Made by a program: the position numbers and the translations under genes
The notes under the pieces: model-generated
Told to the model about the DNA's origin: nothing
Seen by the model: only the letters and a program-made list of their open reading frames with translations
Databases searched by the model: none
In this document: in pieces, positions 37,473 through 47,750 of the stretch
How positions within the stretch are numbered: the first letter of the stretch is position 1
Layout of the letters: every line of letters begins with the position of its first letter
Source of the DNA: Candidatus Hydrogenedentota bacterium
Lineage (GTDB): Bacteria; Hydrogenedentota; Hydrogenedentia; Hydrogenedentales; SLHB01
Length of the DNA stretch: 64,000 bases
Direction: 5' to 3'
Assembly (NCBI GenBank): GCA_963668025.2
Contig: CAXXTH010000003.1
Span: 1-64,000 of the forward strand

Positions 37473-39713
37473 TCATTTTGGTATGTAGCGGCTCTGATGG
37501 TGTTCGCTCATCTGGTTGTTAAGCCCAGGCGCATCAGCGGGAAATGCTGGCCATTGTTTTTTTTCATCTGAGCGGACGGCTTCAGTTGCATGCCCTTCAC
37601 CGCCTGCCGCATATAGAGCAACAGAGCGGAATGAGAATGTTTCGCCAATCTTGCCGTGGACTACGCCCACCCGGACATCGACTTCCGCAGCCTCTGCTGG
37701 CAAAAGTACTGTTTTTACCAGCGGGAACCAAGCTTCAGCAGGCGCGGCAGGCTCGCGAACAAGCTGCTCGCCGCCCAACGGCTTGCCTTCCTTATCGTAT
37801 ATGCGAAGGCCCACAAGAATCGAACCAGGCTTTCCCCCGTTGGAGGTGCGGGCTTCCGCGAACACCATGGCGGGCTTTCCGCCTTCAACGCGGGCGCGAT
37901 AGGAGCGCAGACGCCAATTCAGGCCGTATTTCGGATCCTCTTGAGTCACCATGACCTCTGCCTCGGATAAGGTGTTGTCGAGGTACTGATGGACGGAAAT
38001 CCTCCCTTTTCCCTGGAAGGTGTTCGATGCCCAGTGCGCTATGCATGGCGCTCCGTTAGAATCTTGCTCAATGGCGAATGAGCCGTTGTCTAGCGGCATA
38101 TAATGAATGTCATCAGTGGCAATTTCATATTTATACAAAAACGCATTGAAGAAAGATGCTTGTAAGCTGAATTCGGCTTTTTCGGGGAACAGATCTTTCT
38201 CGATTAATTTCAACTTAGGCGTGGCATACCAAATGGATATGGATTCCGGTATCGGCGGGCGGGCGGTATGTAACTTGGCGAAAACACCTTGCTCCAGGTA
38301 ATAGTTCATCGGCATGCTGAAGTAATTTTTCCAGTCCTGTTCCTTATTCGGTTTGGCAGGATAACACAGCACGATATCACCGGGCGAGGCATGTTCGGCG
38401 ATATATTGAGCTGGCGAGCGGCAGTCATAACAGAAAGTGGCGATTCCTGACGCTACCCCATGGCCGAAGTTCGTGTGCAGCTTTGGGATCATTAATATAC
38501 TGCAAGCCAAGGCAAGTACGATGGATGCGCTGGCGGATGTGATCACGCGCCTGTGAGCATGTATAAGGCGTAGCTTTGTTAAAATTACGGAGAAAGCTTC
38601 CCCTAGTGAATAAACACCCATGCTTAACGCCAATATAAGATAAGGAACCAGGAAGAGGACATAGCGTTCCACAACAGCCTGATGCAGCGCCCACAACAGT
38701 AAAGGCGGGCCTGCCAATGACCAAAATAGAAAGCATCCTGTCCAAAAGCGCCGCCGAAACAGGCGGGCCACGCCCATCGCCGCCAAAGTAAGCAACAGCC
38801 AAGTGGCAGGCATATTGTTCGTTCCCGTGCAATAACGGGCGTAATTGGAAAAGCTAAGCGTTCGCCCAGTGGTTATATTGAGCCATCCCGCAGGCGACTC
38901 GGGAGTGGCATATGCACTTGGCCACTCGCCATGCATGAGGCGGTATTTCAGCCAGGAAGTTAATGTGCCGTCTATCGAATGTATGGCAATGATGAGCACG
39001 CATGCGGTTCCCAGCACAATACTGATTATGAGCCACCGAACCGCTTCGGGGCGCATGCGCCTTTCCACCGCGCAATCTTTTATCGCTTGCGTGGTGATGG
39101 CTCCCGCCCATGCCACTATCATGAAGAGACCTAAGAGCTGGCTCATGCCGAAAAGCACCAATGCCGCAAGCAATCCCAGTAATGCGCGCGCCCGGAGGCC
39201 GCCCATGGAACGGTGAAGCAGCCATCCAGCCAGCAAGGAGAAAAACATCATAGCGCTATATCCACGAGCGCCCGCGGAATAGGACGCATGAACTGGCGAC
39301 ACCGCTAAGAAAAAAGCTGCTAATAGTCCAACAAACCGGTTCCCGGTGAATTCCAGAGCGGCTCGGTATATAAGTAAAATCGCACCCAGCCCCAAAATGC
39401 AAGAAGGCAGCCGGAGCGCCCATTCGTGCTCTCCAAAGAGAGAACGGGCGCCCAGCATGAGCAGCGCACCTAATATGTGATTTCCACTTGACGGCTGGGG
39501 CTGGGTGAATATCGCCACAACACCTTTACGCACCCACTGGGTTAGTGCGGTATATTCATCAAGCGTCAAAGGAAAGGACAGCGCATAAATACGGAGAATG
39601 GCCCCGCAGATTACGATGGCCGACAGCGCCAGCGTATAACGATGCCGGTATGCAAAATCCCCAAATCGCATCCCCAAGATATATATGCTCCTCAACTGGA
39701 TTTCTCTTTCCAC
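37473..39713 (-). CDS. GT-C fold (ArnT/PMT, GT39-like) membrane glycosyltransferase with C-terminal beta-sandwich
   Basis: LR...LDE, EWALRLPS, LAVSP.H..YS..ARGYS, ERY; many TMs; lower GC. Confidence 0.8.
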   Translation of the reverse strand: MEREIQLRSIYILGMRFGDFAYRHRYTLALSAIVICGAILRIYALSFPLTLDEYTALTQWVRKGVVAIFTQPQPSSGNHILGALLMLGARSLFGEHEWALRLPSCILGLGAILLIYRAALEFTGNRFVGLLAAFFLAVSPVHASYSAGARGYSAMMFFSLLAGWLLHRSMGGLRARALLGLLAALVLFGMSQLLGLFMIVAWAGAITTQAIKDCAVERRMRPEAVRWLIISIVLGTACVLIIAIHSIDGTLTSWLKYRLMHGEWPSAYATPESPAGWLNITTGRTLSFSNYARYCTGTNNMPATWLLLTLAAMGVARLFRRRFWTGCFLFWSLAGPPLLLWALHQAVVERYVLFLVPYLILALSMGVYSLGEAFSVILTKLRLIHAHRRVITSASASIVLALACSILMIPKLHTNFGHGVASGIATFCYDCRSPAQYIAEHASPGDIVLCYPAKPNKEQDWKNYFSMPMNYYLEQGVFAKLHTARPPIPESISIWYATPKLKLIEKDLFPEKAEFSLQASFFNAFLYKYEIATDDIHYMPLDNGSFAIEQDSNGAPCIAHWASNTFQGKGRISVHQYLDNTLSEAEVMVTQEDPKYGLNWRLRSYRARVEGGKPAMVFAEARTSNGGKPGSILVGLRIYDKEGKPLGGEQLVREPAAPAEAWFPLVKTVLLPAEAAEVDVRVGVVHGKIGETFSFRSVALYAAGGEGHATEAVRSDEKKQWPAFPADAPGLNNQMSEHHQSRYIPK

Positions 39714-39722
39714 AGTGTGTTC

Positions 39723-41438
39723 TTAGCTCATTAGTTTGGCCACGTGTAACACGAAATTTGCCGCTTTTCCCGCTACGCCCCGATGCCCCGGAATATGTTG
39801 GAGCGGACGGCGTAGTTCGGGATGCCTCGCGGCATAAGAACGGATTTCATCTAGCGAACGCCCTGTCCGCGCCAGACATTCCTCAAACTCGCCCCTGCAT
39901 TTTTCTTTTGCTTCTCCCAGTGCCATCAATACCCGGCTATATGCGTTCGCATCGCCTTCCCCCGACGTTTCGATGGGTAAAAAAGTAATCTCCGGGTGGG
40001 CGGACTGCACGGCGGCCTGTGCGCCGTCAGACTGCGTCGAGGGCAGGCAGCCGAACGGTTTTAAGCTGAGGACCAGATGGGCGATGGCATGATTGTGGCA
40101 ATACAATGTTTTGCCGATCTCGAGATGCCCCTCGCCCCCCGTGCAATTGGGATTATAATAGGGCGCCGCCAGCCGGACTAATTCAGCTTGATCTACGGGC
40201 GCGTGCGCGGTTCCGCCCAGAGCCATCCGGAATCGCTCATACTCCCGGCGCACGAGGCGATATCCGAGTCCCAGCTTCAACCGGGACATGCGGTAGTGAA
40301 GTGCTTCGGACCACCAGGCTCCATGGCCGTGTTTACACCCACTCAGGCCCCTTTCATCGCGCAGCCTGCGCCATGCTTGATGGGTAAGATATAGGAACCA
40401 CGTAGCCACCGACTCGACAAGCACCTCCGCGCCATGGGCCTCGAGAAAAGAAAACAGGGCGAAATTGCCCGCGCCTTCCGTGGTTTGCGCCCAAAATTCA
40501 CCGGTTATCTTGCAAACAGGTTTCGGGCGGGTGTAATCCACTTCGATATCGTTTTGTATGCGCGCGGCGGCGGCCCGCAATGCCGGTTCATAATAATCGC
40601 CCAAGAGCTGCTCAACCACCAATTGCACGTGGCGGTTCTGTATCGTTGGATACATTTTGGCCAGAAGGCGCGCGGCTATTCCCGGCGGGCCGGAATCAGC
40701 GGGTTTTGCGGCGATATGCTCCGCTAATGCTTGCGTCACTTCCGCGAACACGGCATCCGTGCGCCCTGGCTCCACCTCGTACGGCCGGATTTGATAGGCC
40801 AATTCATTCAACAAATCGCCGATAAACAGGGCGCAGAACACGGGCAGAAAGGTCCGTGCGCTCAACTCCAGGCCCATTTCCTCCCGGCCTTGATCGAAGT
40901 TCCGCTGTTCAAAGACAATTACGCGAAATCCTGCGAATCCGCTGTTGCGCAGGATGAGCCGGTATTCGGCCTCATACATGCCAAACCGGCATGGCCCACA
41001 GCTTCCCGGCATGACTACGACATATTCACGGATGATTTGTTCCGTAGGGAGGCCTTCTTCATCCCGTAAACGCCGCAGATAATGCACCAGAGCCCCCGCA
41101 TTAAAATAGACTGGATTGCACATGCCGTTGTCGCCGAATTCCCGGCCTATCTGATAATCCGCTTTGGTAGGCGTGGGGAGTACTTGAACTCGATAGCCAA
41201 GTGCGCGGCCTACGGCTTGGAGAAGCAGGTGGTGGCGCGAAGACAATCCGCCTATGAGCAGCGTCACATGGGAACGTTCCGATAAAAGGAATGGGCGTTC
41301 AGCTTCCCGTCTCAAATGGCGCAAGGGAGCGAGTCCGGCTTCCCGTTCGAGCCGTTCGCGTTCCGCAGCCACACATGACGCCAGTTTCTTAGCGTCACAC
41401 CGGGGCTGCCCAGTATTTTTGCTTACATTCATGGCCAT
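39723..41438 (-). CDS. 2-hydroxyacyl-CoA dehydratase-like reductase subunit (PlsR-like)
   Basis: GMCNP, GSCGPCRFGMY, TGEF, GGEGHLE, LKPFGCLP, IETSGEG. Start set at MAMNV. Confidence 0.8.
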   Translation of the reverse strand: MAMNVSKNTGQPRCDAKKLASCVAAERERLEREAGLAPLRHLRREAERPFLLSERSHVTLLIGGLSSRHHLLLQAVGRALGYRVQVLPTPTKADYQIGREFGDNGMCNPVYFNAGALVHYLRRLRDEEGLPTEQIIREYVVVMPGSCGPCRFGMYEAEYRLILRNSGFAGFRVIVFEQRNFDQGREEMGLELSARTFLPVFCALFIGDLLNELAYQIRPYEVEPGRTDAVFAEVTQALAEHIAAKPADSGPPGIAARLLAKMYPTIQNRHVQLVVEQLLGDYYEPALRAAAARIQNDIEVDYTRPKPVCKITGEFWAQTTEGAGNFALFSFLEAHGAEVLVESVATWFLYLTHQAWRRLRDERGLSGCKHGHGAWWSEALHYRMSRLKLGLGYRLVRREYERFRMALGGTAHAPVDQAELVRLAAPYYNPNCTGGEGHLEIGKTLYCHNHAIAHLVLSLKPFGCLPSTQSDGAQAAVQSAHPEITFLPIETSGEGDANAYSRVLMALGEAKEKCRGEFEECLARTGRSLDEIRSYAARHPELRRPLQHIPGHRGVAGKAANFVLHVAKLMS

Positions 41439-41586
41439 AACCTGATATCGTATCCTACAGGCTTTCCCATTCAATTCATGCTTTCTAAGGGGAAAATCAC
41501 CATACAACCGGCGGTAATAACACGAAGATGAGTATACATGAGAGAAACAGCCAGCACGAATAAATGCTTGACAGAAATGCCTTGAA

Positions 41587-43288
41587 ATGCCAGAGCAAAG
41601 GACAGCACATGACGCCCCTACGCCGCTTTCCGCTTCCGATTGGCTGGAACGAATAGAGAAGCCAGATGCTCTCATGCGGCGTGCGTTGCAAGGCATCCAT
41701 GGCGGCAGCGGGACGATGGAGCAAGAACGGCTGGCCCTGCTGAAATCCGTGGTGTCGCGGCACCTGGAACGGTTTGGGAATGGCCCGCTGCGCGTATTTC
41801 GTTCACCGGGACGGGTGAATCTACGGGGCATGCATGTGGACACCCATGGCGGCTATTTGAATCTGATGACCCACCAGAGGGAAACCATCGTAGCCATCCG
41901 TCCAATAGCATCACCTCTCGCGATTTTTTCAAATGTAGATCCTAGATACCCAGAATATGCGTTTGATTTAGCTGGCAGCATCTCCCATCCCGAGTTTCAA
42001 ACGCCTTGGCATGATTACATCGTATCGCCTGGCGTGCAAAACACGTTGCAAGGAAACCGGGGGCATTGGGGCCATTATATTCGGGGCGCAGTCTTGCGAG
42101 CCTTACATGGAACGGCGGACGTCCAGCCGATGGGCATGCAGGCTACAGTGGGAAGTGATCTGCCTGCTGGTGCGGCGCTCAGTTCGTCTCATGCACTATG
42201 CACGGCAGTGGTCTTGGCCGTTTTGGCGCTGGCAGGAAAGCAACAGGGTGAAGCCGCTCTGATTCGGATTATTCAAGATGCGGAATGGTATACGGGCGCT
42301 CGTAGCGGAGTGAGTGACCAAGCCGCAATGATTTTAGGCGGGCGCAATGAATTGGTGAACGTGGCCTTGCTGCCCTCAGCAATCGATGTTTCCGGCCTGC
42401 GCCGCATGGTTTTCCCGGAATCGCTCCAGCTTCTAGTGGTGAGCTCGTATACGGAGCGTAGTTTGAGTGGAGCGAATGGCGTGGAATATGCCCGTAATCG
42501 GTTCGCTTATGCACTCGCACTAGACATTGTCCGCCAGCAACTCGTGGAGATGGGCATCGATAAGGCCCAAACATTGAAAATTGATCGGTTAGCGCACCTA
42601 TCCCCTCAAGCGCTGGAAGCCATGGCAGGCCCTATGGCGCTGTTCAATTTATTGCGCGCTGTTCCCGAAATGATCTCGCTTGATGCCTTGCGCAGCCGTT
42701 ACCATCCGCAACACCTGGATAACCTGTATGAGCACTATTTTGGCTCCGTCCCGATGGAAGCCCGGCCTCAAGAGATTCGCTTGCGCGGCCCTTTGTTATT
42801 TGGAATCGCGGAGTCCGAGCGGGCGCGCCGTTTTTTTTGACACATTAATAGAGGAAGACTTCCGCACAGCGGGACATTTGATGACGATGGGGCATAATGG
42901 CGACCGGCAGGTGGACCCTTTTGGCCATGTCTATCGATATCCCGTGGACGATGCGGCTTTAACGCGTATCGAACAGTCAGGTGAAGGGCTCGAATGGAGT
43001 CCTGGCGTTTATGGTGCGAGCAGCCCCGTCTTGGACGCACTGGTAGACGCCGCACTTGCGGCAGGCGCATTGGGCGCATCCCTCACGGGTGCGGGAATTG
43101 CTGGTTCGGTGTTGGCGCTGTGCCTCGACAAAGATGCGGAACGTATAACGGAAGCGCTCAAACAGCGTCTATCTGCTCCGGATTACCATAACCTGGCCCA
43201 TCGCACAGAGCCGTTGTCTCCTCAGCAAATCGACGCGGCCATCGTGGTAAATCACGCCACGGCGCATGCTTGCGAGATCGTTCTGTAG
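41587..43288 (+). pseudogene. Galactokinase-family GHMP kinase, frameshifted at a T8 run (42831-42838)
   Basis: PGRVNL, GAALSSS and SGVSDQ lie in the first frame; GASLTGAGIAG lies in the next frame. Removing one T fuses them (RFFDTL). Confidence 0.85.
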
Positions 43289-43324
43289 CATGTGGCCGTA
43301 CGAAATGTGGATTGTTTGAACCGA

Positions 43325-46108
43325 TTATAATGGCGGGACATTCAAGTTTAGCTCCAGCGGCGATTCGTCCACCGTCACCTCCCGCCGGATACGCGGGGTG
43401 CGGTCGGCGCTGGCCAAGGCCTGAAAATCGGGTTTTTCCGGATCAATCGTCACGGAAGAAACTTCGATGATATAATCGCCAGGCTGTATGCCTTCTATAT
43501 GAAAAGAGCCATCTTGCGCGACCACGCTCTGGCCCGCCAAATACCGTGCTCCCTCAATCATATCCGCGATGCGCATGGGGCTTAGCTCTTCGGGCGTAGG
43601 GCCGCCAGGACGCCGTAATTGCACCACTACCATTCCATCGAGATCCCTGCCGGTTACAATACCTGATATGCGTGCGCCTTTGCTGATATCGATGTCTAGT
43701 GTGGCGGTTTTTCCTTGTTCCACACGGACTACGCGAGGTGCAAGGGAATACCCGGAAAACAGCGCCATGCCTGCTTGGGCGTCGGAATCAATAATATTGA
43801 GTAAATGTTCGCCAGGCATCAGCCGTTCCAGGCTAAAATGGCCGCTGGCGTCCGTGGCTGTCCGCTGCATTTCATCTTCACCCAACAGTTGAACGATCAC
43901 ATGCTCTTTGGGTTTTCCGCCAATGAGGCAGCATCCCTCAATGCGCCCGCCGGAAAGCAGAGTTACAGGATGGCCTTTGATCTCACTGTTTTGTTCCAGC
44001 TTGATGCTCGATTCAATATATTTCGCATATTCCGAGTGGCGCACGTCTAGCACATACGCGCCTGGCGGCGCTCCGCGCAGGATGAACGCGCCAGACCGAT
44101 CCGTGCGCGTGGAGACAATGGCATTTTCACTCGATGGCGGCAATACCGTGGCCAGGAAATGCTCCAGGTCATTATCTGGAGGCGACATCAACTGAACCAA
44201 AGCATTCGATACCGCTCTACCTTTTTCATTCTTAACCACACCGCTCAGGTATGTGCCACCACTGATGGCGACCACGATATCGGTGAGCGCTTGCCCCGGT
44301 TCCAGTTTAAGGGATGCAGTCTTACCCTTTCCCATATTGCCTGCGTCGGCTTGAATGACATAATCTCCCGGTTCCACATTCTGGAAGAGATACGTTCCAT
44401 CCGCACCTGATTTCGTTTGGCCTGCAACATACTGGAAAGCATTGCGCCGCATGGCTGCCGCAGGATTGGCGGGTTTATTCACTTCGTCCGGTTTCAACAG
44501 CACATCACAGCCGGGCATGGCATTTCCATCTTGATCACATATTTGCCCTGCTATCGAACCGAGAGGCATCAGCCGTAAGGTTACATTTGCGCCCGGCGCA
44601 ACAGCGTCAAGGCGCTGCACTCCCGCGGCGCATTGCACCGTGATATCATGAAGCGCGCCTTCAAGCCGCTTGAGGGCGAAAGCGCCTGATTGTGAAGTTA
44701 AGGCTTCAGCCGCTATATCTTCTTCCCCTACTCTCCTGGCTACAACACGGGCATTGGGAACGGCTTTTCCTTCCGGATCCTCGACACGGCCCTGGATCAC
44801 GCCTTCTCCCCGCTTGGACGCCGCAGGCTGCATGGGCGTCACTCTTATTTTGACATCATTCAGCGATGTGACGCCGTCCACGCTCACGGATAGCGGAGGC
44901 GATACCGTTTCTCCTAATGGGAGGGCGTATGTCGGGCATATCAGATAAGCCCCTGGGCTGATATGCTCGAAAGAGAATGCCCCCTCTGCATCGGTGACAG
45001 CCGTTTTTGGTTGCAACAACACTGCGGCGGCGTGCGAATCTGGGTCTGATTCAAGGCACAGGATCTGCTCGGATGCGGGAACGCCGTTGGCGAAACGGGC
45101 CCGGCCGCTAATCGTACTGCCAGGCAGCAGCACTACGGGCTCGCGCCTTGGAGATTCTCCTGGCAGGATACGGAATTCGGCGGTTGCGGCTTCGGCATAT
45201 CCAGGCGCTATGACATATAATCGAAAAGGCCGGTCATAGTCGAGGCCAAGAATGCGGTATTTACCGTTTGCATTGGTTTTGCCACTGGATAATGCGGCTC
45301 GGGCGGCATCTGGCGGCTGGTGTTCCTGCAAATCCGCCTGGGAGATCAAACCAGGAATCAGATACACGGTTGCCTCCGAAACGGGCGTATTATCTAGATT
45401 TTGGATTTGCCCCTCGACGATGGCACCCAATTCGAGAGAGAAATCCGCGCGCGGGGCTTGTGTTTGAAGAACCACATCCACATCAATCCATGGCTTCGTC
45501 CCAGCGATATAGCCTCGCTCCCGCGATTGAGGGGACACCCGGTACGCACCCGGCAAAAGACCCTCGATCAGATAGTTTCCTTCTTCGTCTGTTTTTGCGG
45601 TAAAAACCAGCGGGGCTTTTCCTATCACTTGTTTGCGTTGGCTTGAAGCCACTACCTGGAAACCGGCAAGGCCATTGCCGGATGTCCCATCCGTTATTCG
45701 TCCGCAAATATCGCCGCCAGGCTGCATTAGGAATTCCACCCGGATATCGCTCTTTTGGCTTTCTTGAAGGGGATGGCGCGCCCGGGCGTACCCTGGCGCT
45801 AGGCATACAACCTCGCTCCATTTTCCTTCCGGCAAATGTAATTGGAAGGAACCTGAAGCATCGGTATAAGCGGATTCGGAAGTCTGATGTGCGGCTTGAA
45901 CGCCAAACACCCGGGCATTCGTTATCGGAGCGCCTGAAGCAGCGTCATACGCCATACCCGTTATATGCAGGGCATTCGCTTCGCCCGAGGATCCAGCGGA
46001 GGATGGTTTATTGGCTATTTCAGAAACGACGCGCCATATGGCGAATAAACACACCCCAAGCGCCGCCAACATGATCCCTGCGGCGAAGGCCTTGCGTATC
46101 CACTTCAT
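43325..46108 (-). CDS. Membrane-anchored protein with repeated carboxypeptidase-regulatory-like (prealbumin-fold) domains
   Basis: N-terminal TM; repeated I.G.V...G.P...A.V / TD..G.F....L.PG.Y units. Confidence 0.85.
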   Translation of the reverse strand: MKWIRKAFAAGIMLAALGVCLFAIWRVVSEIANKPSSAGSSGEANALHITGMAYDAASGAPITNARVFGVQAAHQTSESAYTDASGSFQLHLPEGKWSEVVCLAPGYARARHPLQESQKSDIRVEFLMQPGGDICGRITDGTSGNGLAGFQVVASSQRKQVIGKAPLVFTAKTDEEGNYLIEGLLPGAYRVSPQSRERGYIAGTKPWIDVDVVLQTQAPRADFSLELGAIVEGQIQNLDNTPVSEATVYLIPGLISQADLQEHQPPDAARAALSSGKTNANGKYRILGLDYDRPFRLYVIAPGYAEAATAEFRILPGESPRREPVVLLPGSTISGRARFANGVPASEQILCLESDPDSHAAAVLLQPKTAVTDAEGAFSFEHISPGAYLICPTYALPLGETVSPPLSVSVDGVTSLNDVKIRVTPMQPAASKRGEGVIQGRVEDPEGKAVPNARVVARRVGEEDIAAEALTSQSGAFALKRLEGALHDITVQCAAGVQRLDAVAPGANVTLRLMPLGSIAGQICDQDGNAMPGCDVLLKPDEVNKPANPAAAMRRNAFQYVAGQTKSGADGTYLFQNVEPGDYVIQADAGNMGKGKTASLKLEPGQALTDIVVAISGGTYLSGVVKNEKGRAVSNALVQLMSPPDNDLEHFLATVLPPSSENAIVSTRTDRSGAFILRGAPPGAYVLDVRHSEYAKYIESSIKLEQNSEIKGHPVTLLSGGRIEGCCLIGGKPKEHVIVQLLGEDEMQRTATDASGHFSLERLMPGEHLLNIIDSDAQAGMALFSGYSLAPRVVRVEQGKTATLDIDISKGARISGIVTGRDLDGMVVVQLRRPGGPTPEELSPMRIADMIEGARYLAGQSVVAQDGSFHIEGIQPGDYIIEVSSVTIDPEKPDFQALASADRTPRIRREVTVDESPLELNLNVPPL

Positions 46109-46229
46109 TGTTAGCCCTCATAACTGGGAAAACAACTGGACTCCCGAAAGACCAGTATTCAACCTCAGGGCATACTAATCCCTTCACGGATATTTTGGTT
46201 CCGTGCGGCAACCTCTCTTTGGCGATGTG

Positions 46230-46418
46230 CTACGCCGTGATATTCAGTTGCTGGCCCACATTGGAACCGGCTGCTGAGGACTGGATGAGCTGAAGGGCCA
46301 TATTGCCAAGTTCTTTTGTGGCGTCCAGCTGTTTCTTGAGTACGGCCACCTGATATTGGGCCGCGAACTGCGCATTCGAGAGAGCGGAAGCTCCTCCCAC
46401 TGCGGATAAACCACCCAT
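46230..46418 (-). CDS. YjfB-like 'putative motility protein'
   Basis: VAVLKKQLD...ALQLIQS...VGQQLNITA; GGAGG RBS. Confidence 0.75.
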   Translation of the reverse strand: MGGLSAVGGASALSNAQFAAQYQVAVLKKQLDATKELGNMALQLIQSSAAGSNVGQQLNITA

Positions 46419-46602
46419 ATAAGCCCCTCCTTGGGTTGATTGGGCATCAATATGCTGACTATACCATATTCGCCCTCAATACGTCAAAAACAGGAGGTTA
46501 TTCGGGCCTGCGTCAAAAAAGTGGGTTTTCGTTCCCCCCCCCCTTTTTTTGGCCCGATGTATGTAGTAAGATTACTACAATAAATAGAGAGGAGAACCAA
46601 TC

Positions 46603-46983
46603 ATGGCCAATAAACGCACGCTGGAAGAAAAACGCTTGGACTTGCTCGAACAATTGGGCGAAATACGAACCTTGAGAAAAGGATCCCTCAATGAACAATG
46701 GTTTCCCTCTATCAAGGACGGGAAAAAAACGCGAGAGTTACGCGGACCCTATTACTTATGGACAAGCAAGAAAAACAATAAGACCGTGAGCGAACGCATT
46801 TGCGGCGAGCAAGAATTGAACCGCGCGCGTCAGGATGAGGAAAACTATAAACGTTTCCGGGATGTATGCAGACAATTCGAGTCGGTGGCCCAAGAACTGG
46901 GCGAACTGGAACGGATGCAGAGCGCCGAACAAGACGCCCTCAAAAAAAAACGCAAGCCGCCATCGAAAAAGACGCCGAAGTAA
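46603..46983 (+). CDS. DUF6788-like IS accessory ORF
   Basis: RKGSLNEQ, GPYYLWT, KTVSERI; ends shortly after an A9 run. Confidence 0.8.
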   Translation: MANKRTLEEKRLDLLEQLGEIRTLRKGSLNEQWFPSIKDGKKTRELRGPYYLWTSKKNNKTVSERICGEQELNRARQDEENYKRFRDVCRQFESVAQELGELERMQSAEQDALKKKRKPPSKKTPK

Positions 46984-47750
46984 CGCGGATTTTCAACGCG
47001 GCAAAACGCGCGGCGGGAACGGATCTCGAAGCATTGGAACAAGCCCTGCGCGGCGCGGCCCTCATGGGAGGGGCCAAGGCGCTCGATGCCTTTTTAAGAA
47101 AGGTGGGCGTGGGCCGGCGCGGGGAAAAAGCGCGTTGCTCATGCATGGCGGTAATGAAAAGCCGTGGCCTGAAGACAAAAACCATCGTCACTCTTTTGGG
47201 CAAGATCCGCTTTACGCGCACCGCCTACCGGTGCCCCCGGTGCGGCAAATGGCGGTATCCCGGCGACGAGGAGCTCGATGTCGCCAACACGCGCTATTCG
47301 CCGGGCGTGCGGCGTCTCGTGGCGGATTTCGCCAGCGACGCCCCATTCAAAAGGGTGTCGCAACAACTGAAAGCAGCCGCCGGACTCGTGATCAGCCGCA
47401 AGGACTGTGAGCGTATCGCGGAACAGACCGGCCAGCAAGCCGCCCACTGGTTCGCGCAAGAACGGGACCGTATCCGATTCCAGGAACCGCCGCCTCCCGA
47501 TGCCGCCAAAACTATCGAGACCCTTTACATCGAGTTCGACGGCAGCGGCGTTCCCATGGTGCCCGAGGCGCTCGAAGGCCGCAAGGGAAAATATCAAAAC
47601 GGCAAGCCCAAAACCCGCGAGGTGAAAATCGGATGCGTTTTTTCTCAAACCGCCTTCAACGAAAAAGGCCGCCCCATCCGGGATAGGGGCTCCGCCAGTT
47701 TCGTGGGCGCCATCGAGACGTCCGAACAGTTTCAATGGCGCATCTACGCC

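Noticed and set aside
46110-46229. Two small hairpins as a possible riboswitch
   Set aside because: No match to aptamer consensus sequences I can recognise.
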